Assembly: GCF_009914755.1 (NCBI RefSeq)
Contig: NC_060929.1
Strand: one strand, 5' to 3'
Source: the human T2T-CHM13v2.0 reference genome, Homo sapiens
Length of the DNA: 64,000 bases
A program made the translations under genes and the position numbers. The notes below the pieces were generated by a model. That model was not told the origin of the DNA, ran no database searches, and worked only from the letters and a program-made list of their open reading frames with translations. Shown here in pieces: positions 30,277 to 45,829 of this stretch. The stretch's first letter is position 1. The number at the start of each line of letters is the position of its first letter.

Positions 30277-31982
30277 TTATTGTACCAGGGCGATCCCCAG
30301 CCCAACTGTACCATTCGAGTCCCTACTCCTGCCTTGCTCTAGGGAAATAAAATAACGTAAACACGTAAGAACAATGCGAAAGCGTTTTCTTCCCTAGGCT
30401 GCAGATTGTCTTCTTCACCGCCCCTGCTTAGCTAGCTAGCTAGCTGGGAATTTAATCCAGAAACGGCTTGCGATACCTCCTAGATGCACTCGTTTTGAGT
30501 TACAAACTCCGCGGATTACATGTCTTTTTAAAAAAGTTTAGACTACACTAGGAAAATTATTTTAGTATCAGAAGAATATCAGGGGTGTAGTACTCATCAG
30601 AGCTAAATGAGAGCGCTTTAAAAATGTTAGTTTGTCTTCCGCCATTTCTACAGAAAGCTGCAATTTCAGGTTTTCAACCTAATAGGTGATATTTAAGAAA
30701 AAAAAAAAGCAATCGCAAATAGCCCCACTGCTTTTACAAATCATTTTTTCTCTTCTAGGTATAGCCTGTCAGGTGGCCTAATGTAATTTTTGACATCTCT
30801 AGGAATTTTAATAGAACCAGAAATGGGTGCCAGAGATATGCCTGCACTAATCTTAAGTGGGGATTTATGTATTTCTCAAGCAAGTGATTAAAGCAAAACT
30901 AGGCACGATTGAAATCAAGATCTTTTAGGCAAGAAAGTCATGATGAGTTTTAGAATTATTTTAGGACTCTGTGGCTTTCTCTTCATAGAAATAGAAAAAA
31001 AAATTGTATAAAACCACAAAAGGTCCTGAATAGCCAAAGCAACACTGAACAAAAAGAACAAAGCAGGAAGCAACACACTACCAGAATTCAAATTGTAGTA
31101 ACCAAAACAGCATTCTATTGGCATAAAATAGACACAAAGACCAATGGAACAGAATAAAGAACCCCAAAATAAATCCATATATTTACAGCCAGCTGATTAT
31201 CAATAAAAACACCAAGAACATATATTAAGGACATTCTATTCAATAAGTAGTGCTGGAAAAACTGGAAATCCATATGCAGAAGAATGAAACTAGACCCCTA
31301 TCCCTCACCATACACAAAAATCAACTCAGAATGGATTAAAAAACTTAAGACATACAACCCAAAACTATAAAACTACTATAAGAAAACAGATAAAACACTT
31401 CAGGACATTGACCTAGGCACAGATTTTATGACTAAGACTTCAAAAGCATAGGCAACAAAAACAAAAAATAGGCAAATGGGACTATATTAAACTAAAAATC
31501 TTCTGCACAACAGAAGAAACAACAGAATAAACAACTTATTGAATAGAAGAAAATATTTTGCAAATTATTCATCCAACAAGTGACTAATATGCAGACTATA
31601 CAAGAAACTCAAACAACTCAACAGCAAAAAATGAAATAATCTCATTAAAAAGTGGGCACAGGATCTGAACAGACATTTCTCAAAAGGCATACAAATGGCC
31701 AACAGGTATATGAAAAAATGCTCAACATCACTAATCATCAGGGAAATGCAAATCAAAACCACAATGAGATATCATCTTACTTCAGTTAGACTGGCTATTA
31801 TCAAAAAGACAAAAAATAACAAATGCTGGCAAAGATGCAGAGAAGAGGAACTTATATATACTGTTGGTGGGAATGTAAATTAGTTTAGCCATTATGGAAA
31901 ACAGTATGGAGGTTTGTGAGAAAACTAAAAATAGAACTTCTATATGATCCAGCAGTCCCACTACTGGATATATGTCCAAAAG

Positions 31983-32365
31983 TATCGGGGGAACCCGCCC
32001 CCAATATTTCAACATAGGTTCTTTCTATTTTCCCTAAGTGTCGGCCAGTCTGAGAAATAAAGGGAAAGAGTACAAAGAGAAGAATTTTACAGCTGGGCCA
32101 CCAGGGGTGACATCACATATCGGTAGGTCCATGATGCCCACCTGAGCCGCAAAACCAGCAAGTTTTTATTAAGGATTTCAAAAGGGGAGGAGGTTTAAGA
32201 ACAGGGAGTAGGTCACAAAGATCACATGCTTCAAAGGGCAAACAAGAAGAACAAAGATCACATGCTTCTGAGGCCAATAAAGATCACAAGGCAAAAGGCA
32301 AAATCAAAAACTCCTGATAAGGGTCTGTGTTCAGCTGTGCACATATTGTCTTGATAAAAATCTTA
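31983..32365 (-). mobile_element. Partial MER11-like (HERVK11) LTR
   Basis: gggggaacccgcccccaatatttcaacataggttctttctattttccctaagtgtcggcc matches the reverse MER11 3' end. Confidence 0.75.
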
Positions 32366-32812
32366 AGAGAAATCAGTATGTCAAAGGAACACCTGTACCC
32401 ACATGTTTATTGCAGCACTATTCACAATAGCCAAAATATGGAATCAACTTGAGCGTCCATTACTGGATGAATGGACAAAGAGAATGTGTACATATACACA
32501 ATGAAATATTGTTTGGTCATAAAAAAAGGATGAAATCCTGTCATCTGCAGCAACATGGATGGAACTCGAGGTCATTATGTCAAGTGAAATAAACTAGACA
32601 CAGAAAGAAAAGTATCACACGTTCTCACTCAGATGTGGGAGTTAAAAATTTAATCTCATAAAGAGTAGAATGATGGGGGGGCAGAGATGAAAAGAGATTG
32701 GATAATGGGTATGAACATGTAGTTAGATAGAAGGAATAAATAATAGCTAAATAATAGTATTTGATGGCACAGTTGGGTGACTATAGTTAACAACAGTATA
32801 TGGTATATTTCA

Positions 32813-33350
<538 letters not shown>

Positions 33351-33529
33351 GCTAGAAGAGAAGATTTGAAATGTTTCCAACACAAAACAATGATAAATGT
33401 TCTGGGTGATGAATATCCTAAAAACCCTGATTTGATCATTACACATTGTATGCATGTATCAAAATATCACATGTACTCCATAAATATGTACAAATATTAT
33501 GTATTAATAATAAATCAATAAAAATTTAT

Positions 33530-33881
33530 ATGTTGAATCCCTAGCCGTCAATACCTCAGAATGTGACTGTATTTAGAGATAGAGCCAAAATGAAGTCATA
33601 TGGGTGGGCCCTCATCCAATATGACTAATATTCAATCCTAGTATCTGTAGAAGAGGAGATTAGGACCAAAAAAACACAGACCTAAGGGAACCATGTGAGG
33701 ACACAGTGAGATCAAGTGAGGACACTTGCTGTCTTCAAGCCAAGGAGAGAGGCTTCAGAAGAAATCAAACCTGCCAACATCTTGATCTTTTATCCTCCAG
33801 AACTGTGATAAATTAAACTTCTATTGTTTAAGCCAACCAGTCTGCGGTATTTCATTGCGGCAGCCTTAGTAAACGAATAAC
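33530..33881 (+). mobile_element. MLT1 (MaLR) LTR
   Basis: caagccaaggagagaggcttcagaagaaatcaaacctgcc...tgtttaagcca. Confidence 0.75.
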
Positions 33882-34287
33882 CCCTCTGCCCAAATTACAG
33901 ATGAAGTCTCTAACGAGGTTCTCAGGTCACCTAATAGACTTCATTTTATATCTCAGAGAATTGCTTTAGCTATGGAACCATGCTTCTTAGATTCCGGGTT
34001 TATTTACCATAAATAATCCTTTGGCCAGGGATATCTTGTTAAGTGCATTCAGTCTTTCAATTCTCTTCCTCCTAGACAATATCATGCATCTATTTACACA
34101 AAATCCAGTTAATATGGAGATTCACTTGCCTTTTTCTTTCTCTTTCAGGGCATCCCTGTAGTAAGGGGGTAAATGCATCATCATGCAAGCTGCTTTTAAA
34201 CTCCTTCCATAGCTAAAGTCTTCTTTAACTTTCACCTGTAGTGAGATTTCTTTGCCTCCCCCACCGCAGCATTCAAGAGGTAAACAC

Positions 34288-34579
<292 letters not shown>

Positions 34580-35418
34580 GAGACAAACACTCCCATGACT
34601 TTGATGTATGTCCTACAGTCCATTATATCTATCTGCAGACATAGCTGTACTATTTATATACTATGTTTTGTTTTGTCAAAATGTTATTTTGTTTTTTATT
34701 TGATAAAGTATATTATATTGCATTTATTTTTCTAAACTACCTTACCACTCAATTTTATGTTAACTGGCTTCCCATTTCTACTACTTCCTCTTAGATCCAT
34801 CAGGATTCTTGGCATAAATACAAAAAAAAAAGTTCACTGGAAGGATACCAAGTAGCTCATAGAATTGCTGGGAAAGCCAGAATTCAGGCAATTGGCAGGG
34901 CACAGAATAGTTTGAGCTGCTAGAGTCACATTCAAGGTTGCAGCATGAATGTCTGGTTAGGATGGAGAGTCTGCACAGAGACTCCACTCACCCCTGCCCT
35001 GCTGAACTCCTGCCAGCTGTGCAGGATTGGCACCAGCCTAAATCTGACCCAAATGGGCAGAGGGACTAACTTGAAGGCCTTCCCACTGACAATTAAGATG
35101 GAGCCTGTTAAACTAGAATAATGACTGTGGTGGATTAAAACACATCAAATACTATGAACATTCATGAGTTCACAATAATGGTTTTTAAAGCCTTCATTGA
35201 TCCCTGCTGGAGATTGTTAGGGCACCAACTTTTTATTGTAAAAGTTGAATATTTATCTTGCCCTCCATATGAATGGTATTTCAGGATAACCAAATAGCTA
35301 ATGAAAGAATATCTGTCTTTAAAACTTTCACTATTTGCAACCCCAAATGAAATAGCAGATTTCAGCTATAATCCTAAGTGGCTGCTGAAAACATTAGGCA
35401 AAAAGCTAAAGGGGGAAA

Positions 35419-36155
35419 TGTCTTAGTCTCTTCAGCTGCTATAACAAATCACCATAGACTGGGTGACTTAAACAGACATTGATTTCTCACAGTTCTGGAG
35501 GCTGGAAAGTCCAAAATCGAGGTGCTGGCAGAGTCAGTTCTTGGTGAAGGCACTCTTTGTGGCTTCTTGTTATGTTCTCACAAGGTAGAGAGTGCGAGGG
35601 AGAGAAAGAGAGAGGCAAGCTCTCTCTCATGTCCCATGAAGACACTAATCCCATCATGAGGACCCCACCCTCCTGACCTAATCACATCCTGTATTAGTCC
35701 GTTCTCACACTGCTATGAAGAAATACCTGAGACTGGGTGATTTATAAAGGAAAGAGGTTTGACTCACAGTTCAGCATGGCTGGGGAGGCTTCAAGAAACT
35801 ATCATGGCTCAAGGTGAAAGGGAATCAAGGCACTTCTTCGCAAGGCAGCAGGAAGGAGAAAAGCTAGCAGGGGATATGCCAGGTGCTTATAAAACCATCC
35901 GATCTTGTCAGAACTCTCTCAGTATCATGAGAACAGCATGGGGAAAACTGCCCCTGTGATCCAATTACTTCCCACTGGGTCCCTCCCACAAAACATGCAG
36001 ATTATGGGAACTACGATTCAAGATGAGATTTTTTGGGTGGGGACACAGCCAAACCATATCACCTCCCAAAGGCCCCATCACCAAATACCATTACACTGGG
36101 GATTAGGGTTTCCATATGTGAATTTTGGGGAGATACAAACATTCAGTCCATAGCA
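35419..36155 (-). mobile_element. MLT1 LTR with a nested THE1/MST LTR (35690-36061)
   Basis: tgtattagtccgttctcacactgct...ccaaaccatatca sits inside MLT1 sequence, with near-TSD catcc/cctcc. Confidence 0.8.
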
Positions 36156-36599
36156 GGGAACTTATAATGTATAAATCTGGCTTTGACATCCTGAATCCAC
36201 TGATAACTTTAATATCAATATAATAGGGCACTATGTACCTCCCTGTATGATGCAATGGACAGAACCACATATGAAGTTTTTCTGCAAAAATCTGAAGCCT
36301 AAATTTAATCAAGGCATCTTATTCATCTACTTATAGGAAATATAGAGGATAGAGGATAAACCAAAGGATATAATTGGCAAAATCCACAATGTTAGAAAGT
36401 AAATGATAAATAAGCAAGAAATTATTGCCCATTTAAAAAGACTTAGATACATCAATCGAATGTAATATACAAATATTGTTTGAAATCCTGATTTAACCAA
36501 ACATACAGTAGGAAGGTATTTGTAAGACAATTGGGATATTGTTAAACACTGACTGGATACTTGATAATATTAAGAATTTTTTTCCTTTTGAGTTTATAA

Positions 36600-36741
36600 T
36601 TTTTTTTTTTGTGGTTATCATCTTGTTTTTTTTCTTTTTCTTTTTAAATAGAGCCAGTCTCAAATTCCTAGGCTCAAGCGATCCACCTGTCTTAGCCTCC
36701 CAAAGTGCTGGGATGACAGGCATGAGTCACCTCGCCCAGCC
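36600..36741 (-). mobile_element. Alu left-arm fragment
   Basis: ggctcaagcgatccacctgtcttagcctcccaaagtgctggga. Confidence 0.7.
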
Positions 36742-36805
36742 CATGTTTTCTTTTTATGGTTATATTTTTTTAAACTAATCTCTCTGAGATACATGCTGAA
36801 GTGTT

Positions 36806-37770
36806 ATAGGCCTTGAAAGCTAATCAAGGAACTTATAATTTCTGACCAACTGGATTTAAGAATTGCTATGAATCTTTGGCCTTTGTCACTCTCATTCCCT
36901 TCTTTTTTGAATAGAAACTTTTACACCTGTTATATGTATTTTCCTGTCCTACTATTTTATTAGATGTGGGGGGCCAATAACTTTTCTTTTTGGTTTCACA
37001 GGTTAGCAGATCAAAAGTAACTGTACTCGAGGAGCTGGACTGAAGAATTACTTCCAAAAAGCCTCACCCATATCTGGACATGATGCAGAAGATGAAATTC
37101 TAGACTTTGAGATGATGCTATGATGATGATGTGAGACCTCTGAGGACCTTGCAAGAAAATGACTGTATTTTGCATGTGGGAATTATTTGAGTCATTAGGG
37201 GCTGGAGGGCAATCTAAGGTTAACTTTAAGATGGCCCAATTGATCCCCTCCTCCTGGAATTCATGGCCTTGTGAAACCCCCTCCCTTTGAGTTTGGGCTG
37301 GCCTGGTGACTTGCTTCCAACCAACAGAATACCACAAGGTGATGGGATGTCACTTCCATGATTAAGTTCTAAGCTGTTGTGGCTTTTGTCTTGCTAGCAG
37401 ACTTTCTGCATCATATTCTCAGTTTCCATGCTTTGATGAAGTTAGCAGTTCATTGGACAAGCCCATATCATAATGAGCTGAGGGTGGCTTCCAGACAACG
37501 GCTAGCAAAGAACTGAGGCCCTCAACCCAACACCCTCAACAAATGGAGTTTTGCCAGCAACACTAGGGAGCACGGAAGCAGAGCCTTCTCTAGTTGAGCT
37601 TTCAGATGAGCCAGCCCTCGTTGATGACGGTAGACCTGTGAGAGCTTCTGAAGCAAAGAATCTGCCTGAGCCATGCCTGGACTCTTGACCCACACAAACC
37701 ATAAAACAACGAATGTGTGCTATTTTAAGCTGTTAGTTTGTGGTCGTTATGTATCACTAAATAATTAAAA
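36806..37770 (+). mobile_element. Old LTR fragments, including an MLT1E/F-like element from ~37200
   Basis: gggctggcctggtgacttgcttccaaccaacagaata...gaactgaggccctca. Confidence 0.6.
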
Positions 37771-38187
37771 CATGCAGTAACTAATTTCTCTTTTAACAAT
37801 TCTTTGAGGTACATGCTAGCAGACAACCCAATTTTACAAGTGAGGAAACTCAGGCACAGACATTGAGTAACTTGCCCAAAGTAACTCATTTATGCCAAGA
37901 GGGGAGAGACTTCTTTCTTATTCCACAATATTGCTGTGACACTAAAGAGTCAAAACGAGTGACAGTGGGTGTGTTTTGTGGGGTTTCTGCAGGGGAAATA
38001 AGGGTAGAGAGTATTTTTAAGGCATTCTGCAAAGCATGGTGTTGCTATGTCCATTCCACTGGATTAACACTTACCATCCAAACAGGGGTTGTGCCTCCTT
38101 ACCTTGCACTGTCCAATAAACATTTGGAGAAGAAATTGTGCGGGGGTGGTGGGGAGAGGGTGGGATGTATGTTCAGCATTAGCTAGC

Positions 38188-38643
38188 TGTGAAAGTTGCA
38201 GATACCAGGATGAAATCACTTTCATCAGACCCAGACAAAATAGAGCTGGTAAAGCCCGAAAAAGAGGATGCTCGTGCTTATATGTCTGAGATAAGAAAAA
38301 CTGTTTCCAAGAACTTTCTAAAAACCCTTTGGTTTATGACTAGACATTCTCCAGGACTGCAATAATTCAGATATGATGTTCTCAAGAACACTTGCCCACT
38401 AACAGCGTCTCCATCCATAAACTGCTAACAACTCTGGCTTTCAACCTCTAGGACCAACGAACTCTGTTTCTAAGCAGCTTATGTAAACCTTTTTTGCTAA
38501 CAAAAGTTCCCCTTCCCCTTGCCTCACCAAATGTACTCATGGTTTGCCATTCCATGCATTCAGATTATAATACTTATTTCTATTACCAAGTAAAGCCAAC
38601 ATATTTAATTTTTTTCTAGTGTCTTTTTTTGTAAGGTTGACAT
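38188..38643 (+). mobile_element. ERV1-type solo LTR (subfamily uncertain)
   Basis: tgtgaaagttgc ... ggttgaca termini and LTR-like organisation. Confidence 0.55.
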
Positions 38644-39093
38644 AATCAATGCTTGTCTTTAAAAGAAAAAAAATGGGAGCACCTCAAAGCCTCCCATTTT
38701 CAGCAGATTGATTTTCCTAAAACTTAGCCCTGGTTACATCAAAATATTGATCACAATTTAACAGTGATTCTTTAGCTGCTAATTTAAGTGTAGGTCTCAC
38801 CTTGGCATTGAAAGCCTATGGCATTCCTTCTGTCTCCCTTTCTAGCCGTACCTGCTTTAACGCTGTATCAGCAATTCATTCCAGGCTGACTGCACACTAT
38901 GCTGTTGCATACAAAGAGCTTGCAATTTCCCTGCCTCTTTTTTTTTCCAAACTGTTTTTCATTGCATAGAACACTTTGTCTCCCATCCTCATGAATCACA
39001 ATCCTACCTATCTGCAGCATTTCTAGCATTCTCAAATATTGCTAGTAGAAGTGCAGATTTCTTGGAGGACAACTTGACAATATTTATTGGCAA

Positions 39094-39703
39094 TGTTGAA
39101 CCTTACCTGAGCCCCGTGTTTTTGGAAAGGAACTTTAAAAATCCTCCTTCCCTTTTGTTCTGGGAAATGGCTTGCTGCAAACAATCATGCTTTCTCTTAT
39201 GACTTAAAACTTTCTTGTTTACATAGAACATGACCAGGCACAGACCCTCTAAATTCCCACTTTTTTTGTCTTATAAATAGCTGAAGTGTTCGTTGAACTG
39301 TTCGATCTGGGCAAAATGCAAACTAACTTGACTTGACCAAAGTTTAGTAAGGCTTTTCCCCTTTGCCCAGGTACCTAAACTTTGGCCCACTTTGGGCACT
39401 GGAACATGGAGCCATGTTAAAGTTAGAGGCCCCTCCTTCAGGGAACTGGCTGAACTCAGGAAAAAGTGTTCCCTAGTCAATGTCCCATCATACCTGTCAC
39501 CCATCCCATCCCCTGCACCCAGTTCTTGTTTACTTCTCTCCATAAAAGAAAGCCTATTTGTGTTTGTCCTCTGAGCTACAGATCTCATAGATCTCAGAGC
39601 CTTTTCCCTATTGTCGTAGTCACCTTCCCCTTATGGCAATAATCCTTTTGAATAAAGTCCCTCCTTACATAAGTTTAAGCTATTTTTTTTTTTAAATGTG
39701 ACA
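39094..39703 (+). mobile_element. ERV1-type solo LTR (subfamily uncertain)
   Basis: tgttgaacc ... gtgaca termini, a TATA-like cataaaag and AATAAA at ~39651. Confidence 0.55.
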
Positions 39704-40765
39704 TTATTAACAGCTTTTAAAATGTCTAGGCTTTTTTACCAAATAATCTCACTTCTGGAAATTTAATCAAAGGAAATAATTATATGCACACATAGTTTAT
39801 TTTTTTAAAAAGAGAATGCTCATGACATATTATTTGTAATAAAAAAAAATAATATTTTCCAAAACAGGAAAGTTAAATAAATTATGCAGTCATTAAAATT
39901 ATGTTTTCAAATTGTCCTTAGTAGCATTTGAGAGTGTTCTTAATATGTTTAGTCCAACCCATTAGAGCAAGATACAAAAATATATAAAAAGCTAATTTCA
40001 AATTATTTTATTACTATATTTAAAAATAAAAGCCATAAATACATGCAGGAAAAGACTGAAATAAACACTTTAAAATAGTAATATTATTTAATATTTGATG
40101 GGATGATTAATTTTATACTAAATATTTTGGGGAATTTTATAAATTTTCTATAGTGAGTTTTTTAAATAAAAATATATATATTTAAATATAACACTTCAAA
40201 CATACCAAAGCAAGAAATTGTCTCTGGCCATCAGATATTATCTTTTCCACAAGCTTTTCTTATGCTCTCAGCTAGATACTGTTTCTCTCTCCTGTGAATT
40301 CCTAGCCCTTTGCCTTCTATGGCTGTAAAAACATTCTACTTTATGTTTTGTTATCCATGTACTTATTCCCTTTAGCCTATTGTCCTCTACTAGGTTGAAA
40401 AATTAGGGAAGGTAAGAATTGTACTTTAAATGCCATAGAAGTGCCTGGAATAGCACAGTATCTTGCATAAAGTAAATGTTTATGAATTCCAGCCACATCA
40501 TTTGGAGTTTACATTTGCATATTCCATCCTCTGAATTATTTTTTTACATTTTAATTTTGACTTCAGCTTTTATTCATGATACAATCAATAAAATTCCTTC
40601 AATATAATCTCTTTGTTGTCCAAGGGTCAAATATAATGTTTTCTACACTGGAAAATTACCAAGGCTGATCATTATGTGAAACAGTTCTACACCATATTAC
40701 ATCCCTGAAGCAAGCAGAAACTCAAGTGCTTCGTTTGCAGAGTTGTTTTAAGATTTAGAATTTGC

Positions 40766-41058
40766 GGCTGGGTGCGGGGGCTCACGCCTGTAATCCCAGC
40801 ACTTTGGAAGACCGAGGCAGGCAGATCACCTGAGGTCAGGAGTTCCAGACCGGCCTGGTCAACATGGTGAAACCCCATCTCTATTAGAAACATTAAAAAT
40901 TAGCTGGTCCTGGTGGTGGGCGCCTGTAGTCCCAGCTACTCAGGAGGCTGAGGTAGGAGAGTCACTTGAACCCAGGAGGCGGAGGCTGCGGTGAGCTGAG
41001 ATCATGCCACTGCACTCCAGCCTGGGCAGCAGCGTGAAACTGTCTCAAAAAAAAAAAA
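40766..41058 (+). mobile_element. AluS
   Basis: Full Alu with a perfect TSD aagatttagaatttgc. Confidence 0.93.
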
Positions 41059-41592
41059 GATTTAGAATTTGCAAGTTTGTTTATTAGATGGTACATGTAA
41101 ATTTCCTATGACACCTACCTACTGTTTCCTTTTTAGCATCTCAGTTTTGGGACACTTGTGAAATCAGTCTTCCAAGTATATTTCTGGTCATGGGTAAATT
41201 GTGAAGGCATTGGAAATTATCTGCACCTTTTCCCATCTCTGTTGTGAATCAATTTCCCACACACCTGGGACTTGTTGCCTACAACCAAACCTTGTGTGTC
41301 ACTAAGGTGAAAACTTAGAATTTAAGCATGAACATTACAAAGACTTAAGGTATGTGATAAAAAACCTCTTTCCTTACAGGTATTCAGATTTTATTTGTGA
41401 GCCCTCTAAACATCAATGTCTTAAAGGGTTGACATTATAACAATGGAATAACTGAAAAGCGAAGTTTTCTGAAGTCATATGACCCTGCTGTGTGCCCAAG
41501 TCACCTATTCACATGGCTGTTCACATCATCTGCATGAAAATATTTTCACTTTCTGTTAACCATAGTGATTTACAATTCTATGACTATTAAAG

Positions 41593-41598
41593 TTTATT
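41593..41598 (-). terminator. Candidate C1QTNF3 poly(A) signal AATAAA (others at 41715, 41080, 39796)
   Basis: tttatt on the + strand, ~0.9 kb downstream of the stop codon. Confidence 0.5.
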
Positions 41599-42503
41599 AA
41601 ACACAAGTTTAGAAAGTATCTTTAACAAAGGTGTGTTTATTTCCATATATTGCTCATTACATTTTTCTTGCCACAGTTTTATCTAAAGCCAGGTCAAAAT
41701 CTTTCTCTAAGGTATTTATTAATAGTGTATGTTCTTCAGATATAAAATCCCTCTGGTCAACATGCAACATTTGAATATCTATTGGCACTGTACCTCTATG
41801 AGATATTTATGACATTTGTTAATAGTGAACCTCAACCTCCTGACCCCACATCCGAAGTTGGGGGCGATGTGGGGGAACATACACAAAATTACAACCACAT
41901 TACTGGTCAAGCACTTTATAGCTAAAATCTATTGACTTTAAAATAGCATTGTATGTGAATTCAGAGTTTTAATGTATTTTGTGGATCAAAAGGAAAGGGT
42001 CAAAGGCTAAGCTGAACACGGAGGGCACTAAATTAGCTAATAAGGCAGCTAGTGCCCCTGTTCTTGCCCCAGCCCTGTCATATCACTACATCCGATTCTC
42101 TCAAATGTTATAAAGAATAATGAACTTAAAACTTCAGGGGTTCCTGAAAACTGGTATTAAATTAAAAGCAGAGTAGTCAAAATTCTTTGCAAATGACTTC
42201 TGTGATAGAAAAAAATATTTCCAACCTGCGTCAGAGGAGAATTATCTTTTAGGTGCCAAGGAAAGAGTGATAAAGATGCTGAGTATATTAGTCAAGGTCA
42301 TCTGAGAAGACTATTTTGTGGTTGATTCTTCTGAGCCCCTGAATTGTCCAACATTATTGGTGTACCTGTAGCGTGAACAACATTGCAACCAATAATTTTT
42401 TGAATACAGCAATGTAAAACCCTCAACTTTAATGTTCCTCAGATCGTAACAAATCAGCTCAGCTACAAGTCTTCCCCAAAGTGGAGCTATTCTAGTCATA
42501 TAT

Positions 42504-42663
42504 TTACTTAGTTTCAAAGAGCAGGAATCCTGCAAAGGTGGAGAAGCGTTGGTGGTCCCCATGGAGAGCGCCATTGCCCATTCGCAGCCAAACCTCATCC
42601 CCTTTGGCTAGCTTCAGCACAGCATGATTGCTGGATGTATCTGATTTGCCCTTCATTTCATAG
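42504..42663 (-). CDS. C1QTNF3: C1QTNF3 (CTRP3/cartonectin) last coding exon, 160 nt
   Basis: Encodes YEMKGKSDTSSNHAVLKLAKGDEVWLRMGNGALHGDHQRFSTFAGFLLFETK*, the end of the C1q domain. AG at 42665-42664. Confidence 0.96.
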
Positions 42664-43493
42664 CTGGAAAGAAAAAGAGGAACAAACTACTTAGTTTTTG
42701 CCATGAACAACCAGCTCTTCACCAAAGTCTGTGCTCCCCTTCTCTCCTTCCCACAGGTATAATCCTGCGGCTAAGTTCTCTAAACAGCCTGTGAGCAGAA
42801 ATGACCTATGTACCACTTCTAAAGCTGGCTAGTAACACTCTCACAAAACCCCTCCCTGCTCCTTCTTATGACTGTCTGGAATGTTCATGACAATGACCAG
42901 AATGATCTTAGAAGCCATATGTTGAATACTGGGTTCTTGGAGACCATGTGGAAAAGAGCTCTCTCTCTTCTCTGCTCCAACCTGGAACAACCTTGGGCTG
43001 TTTGATGAGAAGGAAAGAAAGTTATATTATGTTTGAGCTATTCCACTGGGTTTTTGTTACAGTAATTTAGCTTCCCCTAACCAAGCTAGAATTTGGTACA
43101 AAAGGAGGCTGCTCCGCAACCCAAATAAAAATAGGCTTGCACTGGCTCATGGTCAGGCAAGGAGCAATGGGGAAACAAATATCATGGTCTGGGAAAGCAG
43201 AAGATCCATGTTACACTGTGCAAAAACATTTGGAAAATGTGATAACTTGGAAGACAGATCTAATGCCTGTAGGGTAAGAAAGGGAAGTGACTGGAAAAAG
43301 CCAAAGTACTCTTTGCTGCTTTTAGAAAGATGTTGCTACCAAAGATGAGTTAGGCAAAAACTGACTTGTTTGAAGAAAAGGAAGTAAATAATGTCTACGT
43401 GATTAGGGCCTAACAAGGTTAAAAAAGCCAGGTGTCTTTATATCTGGAAGAGCAGTGATAAAGTTGATGTTTTTTCCTTAAGACTACTCATTC

Positions 43494-43865
43494 AGCAGCC
43501 ATAAAAAAGAATGAGTTCATGCCCTTTGCAGGGACATGCATGAAGCTGTAAGTCATCATTCTCAGCAAACTAACAAACACAGGAACAGAAAACCAAACAC
43601 CGCATATTCTCACTCATAAGTGGGAGTTGAACAATGAGAACACATGGACACATGGAGGGGAACATCACACACCAGGACCTGTGGCAGGGTGAGGGGAAAG
43701 GGGAGGGAGAGCATTAGGACAAATAACTAACACATGCAGGGTTTGAAACCTAGATGATGAGTTGATAGGTGCAGCAAACCACCATGGCACATGTATACCT
43801 GTGTAACAAACCTGCACATTCTGCACATGTATCCTGGAACTTAAAGTAAAATCATAATAAAAAAA
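43494..43865 (+). mobile_element. 5'-truncated L1PA 3' end
   Basis: L1PA 3'UTR with TSD aagactactcattca on both sides. Confidence 0.9.
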
Positions 43866-44659
43866 GACTACTCATTCAATCAAGTAGACACAGCTGTGGC
43901 ACAATCTGATGGATTAAAAATATTGCCTTTCTGCCCAAATCGATTGCTTTAGAAGGCCTCAGGGTAACTCCATTAACTTGAGAGAAAGGCATGAAGACAA
44001 GGAATAGCAGGCTGAAAACTGTCAAGAAAAGTATATGGAGTGTGGTTTAGTAACACATGTAACTGACTTCACTTAATCTATTTAACAAATGAAGTAAAAG
44101 CCAGCTAAGTAAATAGAGTAAAATCGAGTAAAAAACAGAGTAAAAGCCTGCCAAGTAAGTTTCTGAGGAAATGGGTTTGCCAGAGACACAAAACCAGACT
44201 CCAGAGGCTTGGGCTGTTTGACTCAGCTTTCAAATTTGCACCAGCAGGAAGTGGGCTGTGAGAGAGCCTCGAGGAGGCCCTGCTCACCTTTCAGATGTGC
44301 CACAGAGAAAAGCAGATAAAGAAGACCCTCCTAGAGGACAGAACCAGGAGCCAAAGAGAAAAACAGCCAACAAACCAATCTGATAAAAAGGACTACTCAT
44401 TGACTGACTCAGGGCTTTGAGCTGGATGCATTATTTGTGCTTCACAGGCTGTCTCCCATAGGGACAGGGAGATGGGGAGACATGTATTGTAAGTGTAGGA
44501 AGAAGAATTCAGCAGATATTTGGAAGCCAGTGGGCAGAGAAGGTTAGCTGTTCACCAGAATCCCCTTTCTTCTGTTCCATTGGCACTGCAATTCCATGTC
44601 ACCTTTGCATTTGTTGGGTGGAAAACAATGTGACTAAGTTCTCTGAACAGAATTCCTGA

Positions 44660-45074
<415 letters not shown>

Positions 45075-45829
45075 TCAAAGTCAGTTTTATAGACAGCAGA
45101 GCTGCTTTCATCAGCCTGGCTTCCTCAAAAAACAGGAAGAATAAACCCACTCCCAACCTGCACCTCTCCTACAACCCCTCATTCTTTCTCAACCTGGAAC
45201 TCTTGCCCTGGACTGGTGAAGAAAAATCAACTTCTAGCATGTTAGAGTAACTGGATCTCTTACTTGCAACAATTTCACCTACCCTAACTCATCTTCCTGT
45301 CTTTTGGCATTTCAAATACATCTTCCCACTCAGGTAAGGAAGGCTCCAGAAGTAAACACAGCAATTATCACACATCATCAAAAATAACAGGGAAATGATA
45401 ACAGCCACAAAGTTTTTCATAGATAACTCATGGCCCTTTTAATTGTAAGAAAGGTGTCGGCTCTCTGCCTCTTTGCCACATTCCAAGCTAACATCAGAGG
45501 GCATGGGAGAATGGGAAAGCAGAAAAAGGGGCAGAGAGAGAGGAGAAAAATAATGAGTTATAAAAATAATCCAAATGACTGGTTATTGGGAGTGCTGCTA
45601 GTAATTAATGCAAGGCCTCTTATCAACCTGCTGATGCTCAAGTTCATCAGATTTACTTTTTCCCAAACAATAATGATGATAATGTGGCCATACTGGTGCA
45701 TGAGGGCTCTTATTAAGGATAGGGGCCATGTCAGGCTCTATTGACTCCTATACGCTTCCCTGTCATTAGGCATTCCTTGAACAAACAATGGCAGCATGGA
45801 TGAGACCCATGACAGAAAAGACCACCCAC

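Noticed and set aside
31565-31883. ORFs resembling L1 ORF2
   Set aside because: They are short remnants of a degenerate L1 and not an intact element.
45766-45829. In-frame continuation of C1QTNF3 exon 5 into the intron (RWVVFSVMGLIHAAIVCSRNA*)
   Set aside because: A short chance read-through with no evidence of an alternative terminal exon.
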